A stretch of 64,000 bases of DNA, taken from NCBI GenBank assembly GCA_003971905.1, contig RSEE01000088.1:1-64000 (forward strand), read 5' to 3'. The DNA is from Moniliella sp. 'wahieum' (Eukaryota). The notes under the pieces are model-generated. The model saw only the letters and a list, made by a program, of their open reading frames with translations. It was not told where the DNA came from and searched no databases. How positions within the stretch are numbered: the stretch's first letter is position 1; every line of letters starts with the position of its first letter. The translations under genes were made by a program, and so were the position numbers. Below, piece after piece: positions 24,532 to 38,155 of the stretch.

Positions 24532-25079
24532 GGCGGGGCGGGGCGGGGCCGGACGGTGGGGGGGGGAGCAAGGGCGAGGGCAGAAGAGGTTAGAGGTGTT
24601 GTGCGGAGCAGGGGACCGGGTGACCCGAATGGGCCGATCGTGGTTGGCCCGGTTGAGTGGTTGCTGCGAGCAGCTGCGATTCGGTCGGGAAGAACGGCAG
24701 CCACGGGGCACGTGACCGGGCGGGTGCAATTTCAATGCATCCACGCACACTTGCACATTTCATTTTGGGGCTGGCCCCAACCAACGGCAGGCGCGAGTTT
24801 GATTGGGCTACATGCCGGCGGGAGCAGATGGCTGACTGATGGCTGATCCCCCACGCATGTCCCAATCCAGCCTCCCAACACCCAACCCCCGCGTCCGTCG
24901 ATCAGCCTGAGCGCCCTGAGCCTCAGGGCCAAGTGCAGCCCAGGTGGCGTGTTGGGCCCAGCAGTCCGCCCGGGGTCACACCTGCTCTCCTGCTCTCCTG
25001 CTTCCTGCTCTCCTGCCCTCCTGCCCTCCGCACGCCACCACCTCCCGCCCTCCTCTGCCGCCCGCACCTCGCTCAGCCC

Positions 25080-26138
25080 ATGCCGGCGCCCATCAAAGCA
25101 GTCCGGTCCAACCGTCGGCGGCGCATTCGCGTCGTGGAGAATGGGCGTGCACGCCCATGCCCCCGCACCCTCGGGGGTGGACGTTTCTCTCCTCCCACCT
25201 TGTGCCGCGCAGCACTACGCGCCTCCTTTCCCCCAGGCCGTGCGCCCCCACGCAGCACGAGCGATTTCCCTTGCCCAGCCGCGTGAGCGCACGTGGCCCA
25301 CCCCGCCCCTGAGCCGGCGCAACTCGTGCAGCTCGACTGCTTCCAGTGCCTTTTCCGAGTCGGATGCCGATGACGGCTGGGCCAGCGACGGACGGTGTGG
25401 GATTGCCGTCCCGGCGGGCAAGGGGACTGGTAAGGCCCGAATGGCCGAGGAAGCCAAGGCTGCACGCAGGCGAGCACGTCATCCCCATCCCCACGTCCAC
25501 ACCCACACCCACACCCACACCTATCTGAATGTCCTGTCCAACCCACGCCGGTGTGCCCAGGAAGACGAGTGGGAGGACCCAATGGGTATGGCGCACGATA
25601 TGGCGCTCGAGTTGGCGCGAGAACGGTCTCTGACACGCGATCGGTCCCGCATTAACACCCAACCCCATCTTCGCGCTGCCATCCAGTCTCATCCCCGCCC
25701 GTGCACCGCTACCTTACCCAGTACCTCTTCCCCTCGTGCCTCGACGGCGCCATTAGCCACGTTCGCATCGAATGTGGGTACGCGCCGCGTCCGGAGTGCG
25801 AGTGGCTGTGTCGGTCCTGCCTCTGCTACGTCTATCCCGCCAAATGGGCTACCTGTTCGCCAGCTACGCCTGCCGAGCCGGTAGTCTGTTCCGCTCCGCT
25901 GTGTGGGGACGTGACTTCGCCTGTGGCTGCAGGTGCGGGGATGGGTACGGGTGTGCCAACGCGTGTGGTGCCCCGGCATGCCGAGGGCTGGTGGGAACGG
26001 TATCGGCCGTATGGGACGTGCTGGCTTCGGGGCAAGAAGGTATTCCGTGGCGAACGTGGCTTACGCGGTCCATTGGACCGTTGCGGCCTCGCGAAACTCA
26101 GCCTTGGCCGTTACCCTGGTCGCTCATGGGCCCTCTGA
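25080..26138 (+). CDS. Hypothetical protein with Cys-rich C-terminal part, divergent from ERG24
   Basis: Protein-like pieces across frames (LSRRNSCSSTASSAFSESD; EDEWEDPMGMAHDMALELARE; CEWLCRSCLC..CSAPLCG); no family recognised. Confidence 0.45.
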
Positions 26139-26749
26139 GCCTCAACCGACCCTGCCCGGCGGACGAGCGGGCCCGCGAGTAACAGTAACAGTTCCCACCT
26201 ACATGCCTATTACATGCATACGTGCATACATACGTACATACATCCTCTCCCTTGTCTTTCTGTTCCTTTGGGTCTTGTGCCATCGTCATGTACTACCCCC
26301 CCTTGCCGAACATACCTCATGCATCGCCGTGGCCCATGCCATCCGCTAGTATTACCGAACGGTAGACCGAGAAGCGACGGACAGTGTCACTACTAGAGAA
26401 ACCTGCTGACGGCGTGTGCGTCAAGCCGACGGTCTATAGATTTCTTCCGACACATGTTGTACTGACTAACAGCTCGGTATCGTCTCCCTACGAGTAGGCA
26501 TAATCGATAATTCGGCTACACAACTAGATCCTCTATGGGGCTTTGGGGCTACAGCAGCTGCATCGGGTCGCCACGGGTACTTGCTTAAAAGAAGCGAGAC
26601 TGGCATAGGTGGTAAACATAAACAGGGCATAGATCAGAATGTTGCTTTTTGTACATCGTTCCGGTTCTCAGTCGAGCGCCGCAAGGGGGCTCTGATTGAT
26701 CGCCGCAAGGTGGGCTCTGATTGATCGATCCATGTTACATTGTACATGG

Positions 26750-28361
26750 TACATGTTACACCTCGACCTTCTTTTCCGCCTGGGTAGCTGTTGCTCAGCA
26801 AAGAAACCAGCGGGGCGAGGCTGGTAGAAAGGGCGTTCAGCCTGGGGGGGTGATGCGTGCACCGTGGCGACGGAACTGTGTGGCGGATTTGGCATACGAA
26901 GCCGAATGGAGGTACGACGATTGTCCCACCACACGACGGCTTTGGGGCCCCACTTGACGCGTACCTGAGCATCAAGGGTCTCGTTGACCAACCGTTTGAG
27001 CAGGCCCAAGATGGCCTCACTTTCTTCCTCTTTGAGTCCTACGATACGCGACGTGAACACTTCGGGAGACATACAGACTTTCGCGTCCTGTGACAGGGTG
27101 GGTGCGTACGACCGGGTGCACGTGGCTCACGGCCGGACGACGAGCTACGCCTGTCTTGCTCGAAGCCGCTTGGGCCACCTGGAAAAATCCGTCGTGCTCC
27201 GCCTCGAGCGTGCTGAGGTACGCGCGGAACGAAGGTGAGAGCCGACGCAGCGTTTCTTCCTGATCGATAAACAGTGTGTCCCCGCCCGAAGATGGAGAGT
27301 CAAATAGGAACAAGGCCGTGATACCCGCCGGCTGTGCTTCAAAGGATACATCCGAGTGCCACCCTGTGCAGGAAGGGTCAGTTGTCCGTACCGAGGAGGG
27401 GGGGTACCAAGAGCGCAAGGGCGGAAGCAAAGCAAGGAAGAAAGACCGAAAGAGACATACCTTTGTTGGAGAAACGGCCGTGGAGGCCCTCCTGGTCCAA
27501 GGGCCACTTGGGGGAGCGGTAAACGAGGTGGAACTCGTTGTGATCCTTGGGCTGACCGGAGACTTGGTGCTGATGCTGGTGGGAAGAGAAGTGAGCTCCG
27601 AAGGCTTTAAGTTCTTCAGGTGACTGGTCGATGAAAGGTTCTTGGTCTTCAAACACGACGACGCCACGCTGAGAAATGAAGAGGGACAGTTGATCCTTTT
27701 CGTCCGGGGTGAGAGTGGTGAGGTCAAGACCGTACACGACGGTGCCAAAGCCAGGAGACAGTTCCTCTGTGCGCACGCCCTGCTTGTGCAAGAACGACTC
27801 GGGATCGGGGTGGGCGAGCGCACGGCGTCCCACGTCTTCAAATGGGAACGGGGTAAAGTGCGGGTCCTTAAAGTACTTGGACTTGTATCGCTCGTCGAAC
27901 CATGGCAACGCCCATTGGTACTTATAGTTAGGTTCGTAGTCCTCGTCCAAGGGGCGTTTGACGAGGCTGATCTGGTACAGGTCGTCGAGCTCCTTTTGGC
28001 GACGCGCGCGCTCCTCAGGCCCCGCGGCGGAGAGGGGGAACTCTTCGTCGGGGTGGGGAGCGTGTCGGTCGCCCGGGTGACCCTTGGCTGCCTGTTCGAA
28101 CGACGGCTGGGTCACAGGGTAGATACGCGCCCAGTACGGCACGTCTTCCCGCTTGGTCCATGCGGCAGGCTCGAGGGGTTGGGATTGGGATTGGGATTGG
28201 GGTTGGGATTGGGTCGCCGCCGCCTCCGAGTCCGACACGGACCCGTCCGAGTCCGAAGCAGATGGGGTGGGAATGTGGTCCTTGGTCTCGACCTGGACCT
28301 TGATGTCCTTCGTAGGGAAGGAAGCGGACGCAGGCACAGCTTGAACAGCGATGGGAGCCAT
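26750..28361 (-). CDS. TauD/TfdA-family 2-oxoglutarate-dependent dioxygenase (Jlp1-like sulfonate dioxygenase)
   Basis: QRGVVVFEDQ, WHSDVSFEAQPAGIT, SGGDTLF, HPVVRTHPVTGRESLYV, VVWWDNR. Intron 27460-27364; 3' end approximate. Confidence 0.93.
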
Positions 28362-30594
28362 GGTGGGTGGAGGAGAGGTGCACCGAGAAGAACGGATGGG
28401 CGGGGAAAAGAAGCGATACCGGGGAAAGACGGAGCAAGGTCTTTTATCTTTTTTGAGGGGGGGGCGAATCACTACTCAGTACACTGAACTCACAGTACTG
28501 CGATGCCTCGGCCGCGGAGGCGGGCGTGGGAAAGCGACGGGGACTATACGGCGCTTAGGAAAATGGGATAGGACAAGCAGCGCTTAAGCACGTAACCTGT
28601 ACCAGCCGAGGACTGCGCCCCGGTGTGGCGTGGCTGGACGCAGTGAAGGCCGGGAGTAAGCTGCCAGGGATGAAGGATGCATGGGTGAAGCTTGAAGCTT
28701 GAATCTAGAAGGCGCTGGACGCGTGCCCCATCCAGCTCCGACAGATCGGGAGGAGCGTGGCGAGCAGGGGGGGGCACACGACTTGACGATGGGGCTGTGG
28801 AATGATATCAGCAGTACCCCATACGCGTCGTCTGTGTTGCGTGGGACTCAGCGACCACACGCGGCCTGAGCCTGATTATAGGCTTAGTGATTAATGATTA
28901 ATGATTAGTGATTTGGCCTTGAGGGAAGTGATATAGCGATAGCAATCGGGCAGCCTCAGCGGCGGCGCTGACGTGCTCGCACTAGCCCACCCCGGCGGGC
29001 TTAGGCGGGCGGGGGGCAGTGTGTGCGCCATGCGCGCTTATCACGTGCGTGGCGGCCGGCGTCTGGCCAGTGTAGGCACTCGCGACGGGCAATTCATTAA
29101 AAGCACTGCTAGCACGCCTTAGGCTGCGCCTGCGCCGTGTGCACATCGCACCTCCATATTCCATCCCATTGGAGCAACTTGGTTATCGTCGATATCATCT
29201 CGCTATGGCTTGTCGCGCTCCCGCTCCTCCTCTGGCTTCAGCTGAGCTCAGCGCTGAGACTCAGCTGATGAGGTGGCTGACGTGTCGGCCGACTGACTGC
29301 TTATTGACGGCCGGCGCGTCCCATCCCCAACTCGGAGAGCCCAGGATTTATAAAAAGTGAATCGGCGTTAGTCGGCCTCTCGCCGCCTCTCAGTCCTATA
29401 AGCCTCAGGCTTCCCCTCAAATATCCCCCATCCCTCAGGCCTCTCAGATCGTCTCAGATCTCATCTCGCATTCTCATGCCCCAGCATTAACTGCATCACA
29501 GCTGCATTAGTTACATCAGCCCCGCGGGACGAAGAATACGCGAGCTCAAACAGGGCTCTCATCGGGAAAGCGGGGGGGGGTCCTCTGATCGTCTCGCCCG
29601 CGCAACTAATACATCCGTCACTTTTTGCAGCGGACTTCTCCATTGAAGAGAAAACGAAATGCCGAACCAAATGCCGGCTGGGGCTGAGTACAGAATAGTT
29701 CTCAATTGGAAGACCCAGTTGGTGCATGCAGTGGGGACAACTACCACTGACTCTCCTCAGTGTGGATCACACCATCAATCAGATTGGACGAGCTTCAGTA
29801 ATGTGGGGAGGGAGAGTGCAGCTGCGGCGAGGGTTGTTGGGGGGAGACAGCTGTGTTGAGTGTTATATGGGGCCGGAGAGAGTACCATATACACCCCACC
29901 GCCACCGGGAACTTAGTCGGTGGGGCAACGAATTGAGAGACAGACATTCAAGAGTTCGTTTTGATGTGGGGAGAGGGGCTCACACAACTACTACTAACTA
30001 CTAAGGGTTTCCAATTGATCTGGCTTCCGAAAGACGAAGTGTGGGACGAATTGGAGGAGCACAGAACTCTTAGTACTACTAAAGAATGAAAACACTACGA
30101 GAAGATGTCTATTGCATTTTCTCGATGTTGAAGCTTGTTGAAGCTTGAAGGCTGAAGCGCGGTGGGCTCCTGGTTCGGACCATACCATGCTTGTACTGCC
30201 TGGGGGACTGACTAAGAGAACCAAGAATGTAATACTGAGTGCGCTCGTCTCCGACGTTTGTGGTGCCGACTGAATTATACGGCGCGAATCCTATAGTAGT
30301 CGGTGTACCAGTCACTCTATCATAGCGTACGCAGTCAGATCTTGGGTGCCCCAGGGTCACTATGCATTAGCCCACTACTCTAGTATCCCACTACCAGGTC
30401 TCTGGCCCTCAAGCCTCAGGGTGCTTGGCCCTGGCAAAACAAAGACCAAGTGTTGTGCGAAGGTACTGGTATACAGTTCATTAATGACGAGTTGTGTGGC
30501 ACGCATGCCACACGGGTGGCCACGGTACACCCATCGTCTTCTTCTGCGTTTCGTCCGCTCTGGGTACCGCCGGTAGAAGAGGGAGCAAGAGCCG

Positions 30595-31407
30595 GGGGAC
30601 GGACAGTATGGTGCAGGTTGGCGGACAATCACCACGAACTCTCCCGCCGGGCACTGCGAGTCTTCCTGGGTACTGATGCCGCACCGTAGCATATAGTAGT
30701 TACACAGCCTCGCAGTGCGGCCCACGCTGGAGAAGCTGGAAAAGAAGCTGCCGCCGGGGCACCTGGTGATGGTGTTACACACCTGGACGACATTATGATT
30801 TTCGGACCAGAGCCAGGCATTACCGCGGCCTATAAGAGCTGCGGATTTTGGAAGAGGACGCGTCAGGCCTTACGCTCAACCTGGGCAAGTGCGTCGAGCG
30901 GAACCGGGATCAGATTCGGGAGGATATGGGTTGCAGGTCCTGGGTACTTGGTGTGGGAGGGGTAGACTGTCGTCGATCGTGGTTCCGGGACCAACTGGCC
31001 ACTGAGCCTGAGCAAGAACATGCCACCCAAGTTTAATGGCATCACCCGCCAGGGACGCCTCTTCCTGCAGAATGCGACAAGAACGCCAAGTACCAGTCGG
31101 GGACGCACTCAAGAGCCGTTTTCCCCCTTGGTTTTGACGACGCGAGGATACTACGGCACCAAGACAGCGGGCAAGATGCTGAGTGCCCACTGGAAGGAGT
31201 TGATTATACTGACTCTCAACGGATATGGTTCCTCGCTCGGATGTCTACCACGTTCATTCGTGTCCACACGCGCTTCCTAGGGTACGGGATCGGATGGAGA
31301 GAACCAGAGGGTCCTGATATCCTGGCGATCCCCCTGGTTCCTTAACCTTGGCGGCGCTTCCAAGTAACCCCCGCAAGATGAACGGTTAGGTTTAGACGTA
31401 GCGATTT
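30595..31407 (+). mobile_element. Decayed, internally deleted CRE-clade (Cnl1/MoTeR-like) non-LTR retrotransposon
   Basis: Ordered motif remnants GQYGAG (about 30601), SLAVRPTLEKL, (Y>H)LDDIMIFG (30780-30806), GLTLNLGKC (30866), GLQVLGTWCG (30928), then restriction-like-endonuclease-end FSPLVLTTRG..W. The 3' part is repeated at 54689-54960. Confidence 0.75.
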
Positions 31408-31689
31408 CCCTGTCCCACAGCCTTAAGCTCTGTCAATGATATGGACGCAACATAGAGATTGATATTGACCATTGAGCACCTTCTCATCACAGCACGGTGG
31501 ACAAAAGTGCAACGAATCCTGTGGTTGTGGGCCGCTGCAATGCCACACAGCCGCATTGGCCCAAACGGGTGGGCCCTATTGCATGAATGATCGCAATGAA
31601 TGATCCGTGCGTGTTCTCAGCCAAGAAGGTATCCATTTCGCCCGAAGAAGAAAAGCAGGCCAAGGAGAGGGCGAAGACAGCAGCAACAA

Positions 31690-31900
31690 TAATGAAGCGA
31701 AGCGGAGAGAAATGGAGAGTGAAGGAGAAGAAGGAGAAGGGGAAAGAGGGAAAAAGAAAAGGAGAGGAGAGAAAGAAAGGGAAAAGAGAAGGAGAGAAGG
31801 AGAAGGAAAAATAAAAAGGAGAAAGAGAAAAGGAGAAAGAAAAAGGGGAGAGAGGAAGAGAAAGAAAAAGAAGAGAAAGAGAAAGAGAAAGAGAACAGAA
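31690..31900. repeat. Polypurine (GA-rich) low-complexity tract
   Basis: About 200 bp almost entirely A/G on +. Confidence 0.9.
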
Positions 31901-32183
31901 CGAAAGCAGCAGAGCAGCAACAGCCACACCATTGCCCTGTCCGTCCGAACCAATCACACCACAGAACCACAGAACCTCAGCGGCACAGTATTATACACCA
32001 ACCCCCCGCATGGGTATAGCCAGACCTACGGCGTACGCTTCCAGCCGTTAGGGTAGGGCTGGACGGACGTGTTGGTCGTACCGTGCCGTACTGTACAATG
32101 CAGTACCATACCGTACAGTACAGTACAGCACAATACAGTACAGTGCAGTACGCAGCCACCTCGACCCGCTTAGCGTTTACCGT

Positions 32184-32292
32184 TTAGCGAGGGCCGAGCG
32201 CGGGGCAGCATCTTTTTACGTTTCTGTGACGATGTGACGACGGGGCAGGGGGCAGGAGGGGCAGCCGGAGCGAGAGAGAGAGAGAGAGAGGG

Positions 32293-32325
<33 letters not shown>

Positions 32326-35300
32326 TTAGTCCACCGAACCACAACAAGCGCAACAAAACGCCACGCACGACCCCCCCGGGGGGGGGAGGGAGAGCTCCCG
32401 GGGTTCTTTTCGGGGGGGGAAGCGTAAACGGAAACGTACCTGTGGGAACATGGGGCCTGAAGATCGACTTGGAACTGGGTTTCCGTTGCGCGGGCCTGAA
32501 GTTTTTGGCACGCAAGGACCCACTGGACACCTACGACGAGAGGGCGGTGGTCCATTTCGAGAGTGGCGAGGTGAGCTACAGTAGCTGGACGACCTAACTT
32601 GAACACGACGTGTGTGAGAGGCTGATGACCTTGTTGGAGCCTCACGAGCCCGGGCACCCATTCGACGTAACCGTTCCGCCCAAGAGGCACTTACGTCCGC
32701 CCCATCCGTATCGTGCACGTCTACTAGCACCGTTAGTCCCTGGAGCGGTTTGTGGGTGTTGCGTCCTGCGCCGTTGCCGTTGGCGCTGGCTGCAGCTGAG
32801 GGGGCAGGCCGCCTGCTCTCGGACGAAGGTACCTCGAGCGAAGGCACCTCGAGCGAGGACAAATCCGCATACGATGCATCGGAACCAACTTTGCACGGGA
32901 CATAATCACGGACTTGACGTGCCAAGGCCTGTTGCCGCGCAAGACGAATCTGCTTTTGCTTCTGCTTTTCAGCATCTGCATCCGAGGTGGAAGCTGCGGC
33001 CAACGCTTCCCGCGCAAGCGTTTCAATTTCCGTCTCGACCCGTTCGGGCTGCCGACGCCCAAGAAGGATGTGCATCGTGTTGCGCCGAATAGGGCTGGAA
33101 GCCACCGAGGCAGCAGGCATGCTGTCCGACGCGAGCTGGACAGACGCCGTGCGCGGCTTGGCACCCACACGATCCGGCGCACCCAACCCTTCGAGTTGAT
33201 CCAGCACACGCGAAGTGGCGTTCCCGCTGCCCCAAAGCGCGAGCGAGTCACTCGCAGGGAACCGACCAATCGAAGAGGAAGCAGAAGCGGAGGCAGAAGC
33301 GGAGGAGGAAGCAGAACCGGAAGCAGAAGCAGGTGCAGCCGATGCGGCCGAGATAGACGAGACTGCAGATCCCCCCGATCCCACTCGCACTTGTCTCTTC
33401 AGCTTACCCTTCTCCCCCGGCGGCGGGGAAGTCGAGGGACGTTTGCTTCCGGCCAGGCCCGCCGGACGGGGCGGACCAGACGGAACCCGACGCACTGGGC
33501 CCAACCCGCTCCTCGGCGGGACACGTGGCGCAGGCGCAGGAGCAGGCACAGGAGCAGGCGCAGGCGTGGGCTTGGACGCAGACGCTGCCGGGGCGGGCTG
33601 CATTGGCGCCTTCGCCTGGGCTGGCGGCTTTGGTGCGCCGGTGCGCGCGGCGGCTGGACGGGCAGAGATGGGTTTGGGGTGGACCGGGGCCGGGGCCGGG
33701 GCTGGATGGCTGGGTATCGAAGCTACCGGAAGGGAAGGAGGGGGTTTGGAAGCGGGCCCAGCAACGGGTGCAAGTGCAACTGGGAAGGAACTGCTTGGCG
33801 GGCAGGAAGCAAAAGGGCTGGCCGAGACCCGTTTTGCTCGTCTTGCTCGTCCTGCTGCAGAACGAGGGAACGTCTGGGTTTGCGCACGGGGGAAGCGGTG
33901 ACGAGGCGGATCGAATCGTCCTCGTCTCTTGTCACGGACACAGACATATCCGAGAAGAAAGAACTGTCCAAGCTGGTGCGAGACCGGGCTGACAACTCCG
34001 ATACCCGTCCTGACCTGCGCAGCGACGGCGAGGGAGCGGCAGGCGAAGCGTAGGGGTTAGATGCGTCCCGCCCGGGGGGGGAGGTGGGAACTTGGGTGGG
34101 AGACGGAGGGCGTGCAGCATCGCAAGAAGTAGGTTCTTCCGACTCGGGTTCAGCCTGGAGAAGGCCCGGGGGTGGAGATGGGGCGGACGCGAGGGCAGAA
34201 GGAGAAGGAGAAAGGCGAGGCGAGGAGGAAGACTGTGGCTCTGCACCTTGCTTTTCTGCGTCATAGGAAACAGGGTCGGTTGAAACCAGCTCGGGCCTGC
34301 GTCCGAACCAAGGGTAAGCCCCAAGACACTGCCCGGACGAGAAGTCAGGTGCATGGAAGGAGGCGAAGCGCCCAGATCGATCATGGTGCTGTCGCCCGGC
34401 AGCGGAGTCTGGGGCCGAGAGGTCCCCTGGCTCAGACCAAGTGAATGGCGTCTACTGGGGGCGGAGCTTTCCACTGCTGGCTCGGTCGCCCCCTGCTCGC
34501 CAGAGGGTGGGGCCAAGACCAAGGATTCGATGTCCTTGGTGACTAGGTTGGTCCTCTGCTCCTGGAGGACAGGTCTTGGGTCGCGACAGCTTCGTCTTCC
34601 GAGTCGGGGGCAGGGAAAATGCCGCGCTTCGCTCTTCCCGGCGAGGGAGTAACACAGCTGCCTGTGCAGGAGGGGGCCTCATTCTCAACCGCGTTCGGAT
34701 GGGCGAGCGAGCAACGACGACTGGTTGTTTCGCCTTCCGGGTGGCTTTCGCGGCGGCGGCGGCGGCGGCGGCGGCGTGGTTTCGATTGTCGTTGGGGCAT
34801 CGATTTGGGCTCGACCGCAGGCGCGGGCAACTGGCTCGCAGCAGGGGGGTCGAGTGCATCTACCTGGGCCGTAGCACCAGCTGGCTCGGGCAGGGGTAGA
34901 GATCCCCCCTCGCGACGCGGAGAGAGGGCGAGTTGAAGCCGGGCCAGGTGCGGAGAACGACCAGGAGAGCGGTGGGCGCTATGGTGGACGTTGGGCGAAA
35001 GACCAGTGGGTGGTGGGGGCGTGCCATCTCTGTTGGGCGGGGGTTGGGAGGGGTCAGGGGACTCGTTGGCAGCACTGCGCAAACGAGCGCCAAAGGCGCG
35101 GGTGTTCATGGGGACATGAAGGGTGCGCTTGGGGATGCGGATGGGTTGTGGAAGGAGGGAGAGGCGCCGAGTCCGAAGCGTGGCTCGCCGCGGCGGGAGG
35201 GGGCGTTTCGGCTCTGCTGGGAGGGCGGGAGGAGACGGAGGAAGCGGTGCGGGTGGGTTTGGATAGGGTGCGCGGACGCTGGCTCGCCTGCCTGTCGAGC

Positions 35301-35919
35301 GCGGTCTGCTTGGCGCGGGCGAGGGAGGCCGCGGTGGGGCGAGAGGGGGAGCCAAAGGGCTGCGGCACGGTGACTTTGGCCGGGGACACAAAGGGGTTGG
35401 GCAGGGCAGCGGAGAGCGTGCGTTGGGCGAGGGAGGGGGCTCGTTGGCGGAGGAGGCGGATATGGTGCGGGGCGCCTTGGGGCGACGGAGGCCGAGGGGA
35501 AGCGCAGTGGCGGCTGGACGCGGGCCAGGGGGGTGCGGGTGCGTTTTGTCGAGGCGGAAAACTCGTCGGCCGGGACGGGCGGGGCGAGGGCAAAGGGGTG
35601 GGCGGCATGGGGCGCGGGGAAGGGGTCGGACGCCGGAGCAGCAGACGCGGCGAGGACAGTGGGGGGCAGATGGAGGCGTGGGGCGCGCGGTGGCTGCTGT
35701 GCTTGGTGGAGGTGGTGTAGGTTGCTGGTGCTGGTGCTGGTGCTGGTGCTGGTGCTGGTGCTGGAGGTGCGGGTGGGGCAGGGGCCGGGGCGTCGCGCAG
35801 GCGGGGGCGCAGGCGGACGGGGCTGCGGGCGGCGGGGCGGCGGGCGCGGCGGGCGCGGCGGGCGCGGCGGGCGCGGCGGGCGCGGCGGGCGCGGCGGGCT
35901 GCCTCGCGCGGGGGGGCAT
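32184..35919 (-). CDS. Long Pro/Ser-rich protein with C-terminal BRCT domain
   Basis: PLQGLTVLVDVHDTDGADVSASWAERLRRMGARA..THVVFKLG..VVGVQWVLAC is a BRCT pattern; upstream low-complexity ORFs are joined by frameshifts. Start and end approximate. Confidence 0.7.
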
Positions 35920-36313
35920 CGGCAGCGACGGAGGCGGCGGCGGGCAGGACCGAGACGAGCGGGACGCGCTTCGCTGAGTGGAGTCAGGAAAGTGTGCGTC
36001 TGCACCGCGTCTCCAAACAACACCCACACCAACACGCCCCGGCACGTGACCCCCTCAACCCTACCCATCGGCCATCCGCTACGTAATGCATCCACGCCGC
36101 CAGAAGCCAGAAGACAGCCGCTGCGTCGCTCTGCTCCGCCCTTCCCTCGGCATCCCCATGCTGGTGCCTGTCGTCCGCACCGCCCTCGCCGGCAGCCGCC
36201 TGCCTGCCCGCCCCGCCCTCGCCGTCTGCTCCGCGCGCCCTCGGCCCTGCGCCGTGTCGCCACCGCCTCGCATGGGACGGATGGGAATGCGCAGGATGCG
36301 CAGGATGCGCAGG

Positions 36314-37100
36314 ATGCATCTTCCAGTGCTGCTCCCCACCCCTCCCTCTCCCCCAGGCCAGGCCGACTCGCTGACCAGCGCTGCCGCCGATGCTGCCCCC
36401 CCTGTGGCTGATGCTGCGAGCGCGACTGCCCCGCCGACCAACGAGTCGGCTGGCCTGAGCGCGTACGATGCGGAGGACAACGAGCCTTCTTCCCTGCATG
36501 CCATCGACGACGAGGACACTCAAATGCTGCGCACTAGCATTGCAGCCAGTCACGCCAACCGAGGAGTGCTGCTGGCGTCGGCGGCATCGGTGCCGCTGAC
36601 GTATGCAGACAAGGTAAATGGGCCGGTGCGTGGGCTGGGGAAAGCATGCTGCGGGCCGAGCAGCGTCGAGTTTCGCCTGGACAGCCTGTGCGGCCCATTT
36701 CGCTCAATGACGACCAGATGAGCAACATGGTGACTACGATTGTCGATGCTGCGGCCAAGCACTTGGCCGCGACCAACACCATTGGGTCCAGCATGGCCAA
36801 TCGCGCTGCTTACTTGGCCCGCCAACGGCAGCTGCAATCGTCCCCTGACGGGTCTTCCAACCGCCGTCCCCGCCGTGTGCCCAACAGCCGATTCCGAGCC
36901 CAGTTTGCTGCCATCTTGGATCTGCCCCTGGGCACCCTGCTGAGCGAAGTAATGCGCGAAACCAAGGCACCCATGGACTCGCTCATGGTCAGTGCCGAGC
37001 AACAAGCAGCTCCTCTTCCTCTGTCTCTGCCTCGGATCCTCCGCCATCCCCCCCCGCGCCGCCCCCTACAGAACAGCCTTAATGCAGCTGGCATCGTTCC
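36314..37100 (+). CDS. Hypothetical protein
   Basis: Protein-like overlapping ORFs 36086-36721 and 36646-37524 (DDEDTQMLRTSIAASH; DDQMSNMVTTIVDAAAKHL; FAAILDLPLGTLLSEVMRE), divergent from the BRCT gene. Confidence 0.5.
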
Positions 37101-38155
37101 TGAGCGTGGTTGGTCCTTGGGACGCGGTGGATCGGAGCCAGGTGGGGCCTACATTGCCCAATTCATCCTATATCCCACTTGGTGGTGCTGTTCTGCACCG
37201 TGTGTCCCTCTGCATGGTCAGCGAGGAAATTCAAAAGGTGGAACTAGCCCCCTCGGCTGCAGGAAGAGCGCGATGGATGGAGTGATATACCAACATGGGG
37301 CACGCAGTACAGGTCATAGATGGACTGTAGACCATCGAGAAAGGCAAAAGGGAGGAGGATGTGGGGCAGGACTGGAAAGCGCAGAACTTCAAGGGACGAT
37401 GCTAAAGCAGAGGGCGGAACAGGAGGAGGTAACGGGAAGACCAGGAGAGTTTTATAATAAGGCCGAAGGGACGCTGTCGCCTTCAGTATGGGGCGGGAAA
37501 CGTGGGGACCACAGGCGCCGCTAGCGCCGCCCACCATCAGTGTTCCACCTAACTGCCAGAAGGAAATCTTGAGCCCATCACGAGACAGCAACTCCAACTG
37601 CACCCCTTCCCACCTCAGTCATCTTCCTCAGTGTTCCGGCATCTCCTCACCTCCCTTCTCTCCTCGCATCGAGGGAATGCAGGTCTATTTGTCCACTGGC
37701 TATTGCCTCCAGTCAGTTACCTCCACTCAGGGCCCCGGACTCTCCGACTGTCAATCGATACAACCGCTCTGTCGTCCTCTTTGTTCTGGCCCTGGTACCT
37801 CGGTCCATCTGCATCTTACGTCGACCGTTTCATTATATGTACTCTTGTACCGGGCTAACATCCTGCCTCTCCCATCTCCCATCTTCCCATCTCCCATCTC
37901 CCATCCCACTGCACAACTCAAATGGACCTGCGTGATCCCTGACCATTCCGACACGCACGAGGATGCATCCAGTGGCTAGCCCAGCCAGGTCCACTGGAGC
38001 GGAGGGATGTGGCGATGCGGCCATCTATTATAGGTCGACCAAACTAGACTGACGACCGAACGCTCTTGTTTTGAGTGCACATTCTAGCGAGCCAGTGGGA
38101 CGATGCGTTTTTGCCCTGCGCCCATGCGCCGAACCGCATGCTCGTGGCACACGTC

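Noticed and set aside
30346..30360. VPQG as the RT 'QG' motif
   Set aside because: Too far upstream of the LDD motif and out of order with the other remnants; likely chance.
37100..38150. Less GC-rich stretch suspected to be a solo LTR
   Set aside because: No TG..CA boundaries with a TSD and no second copy identified.
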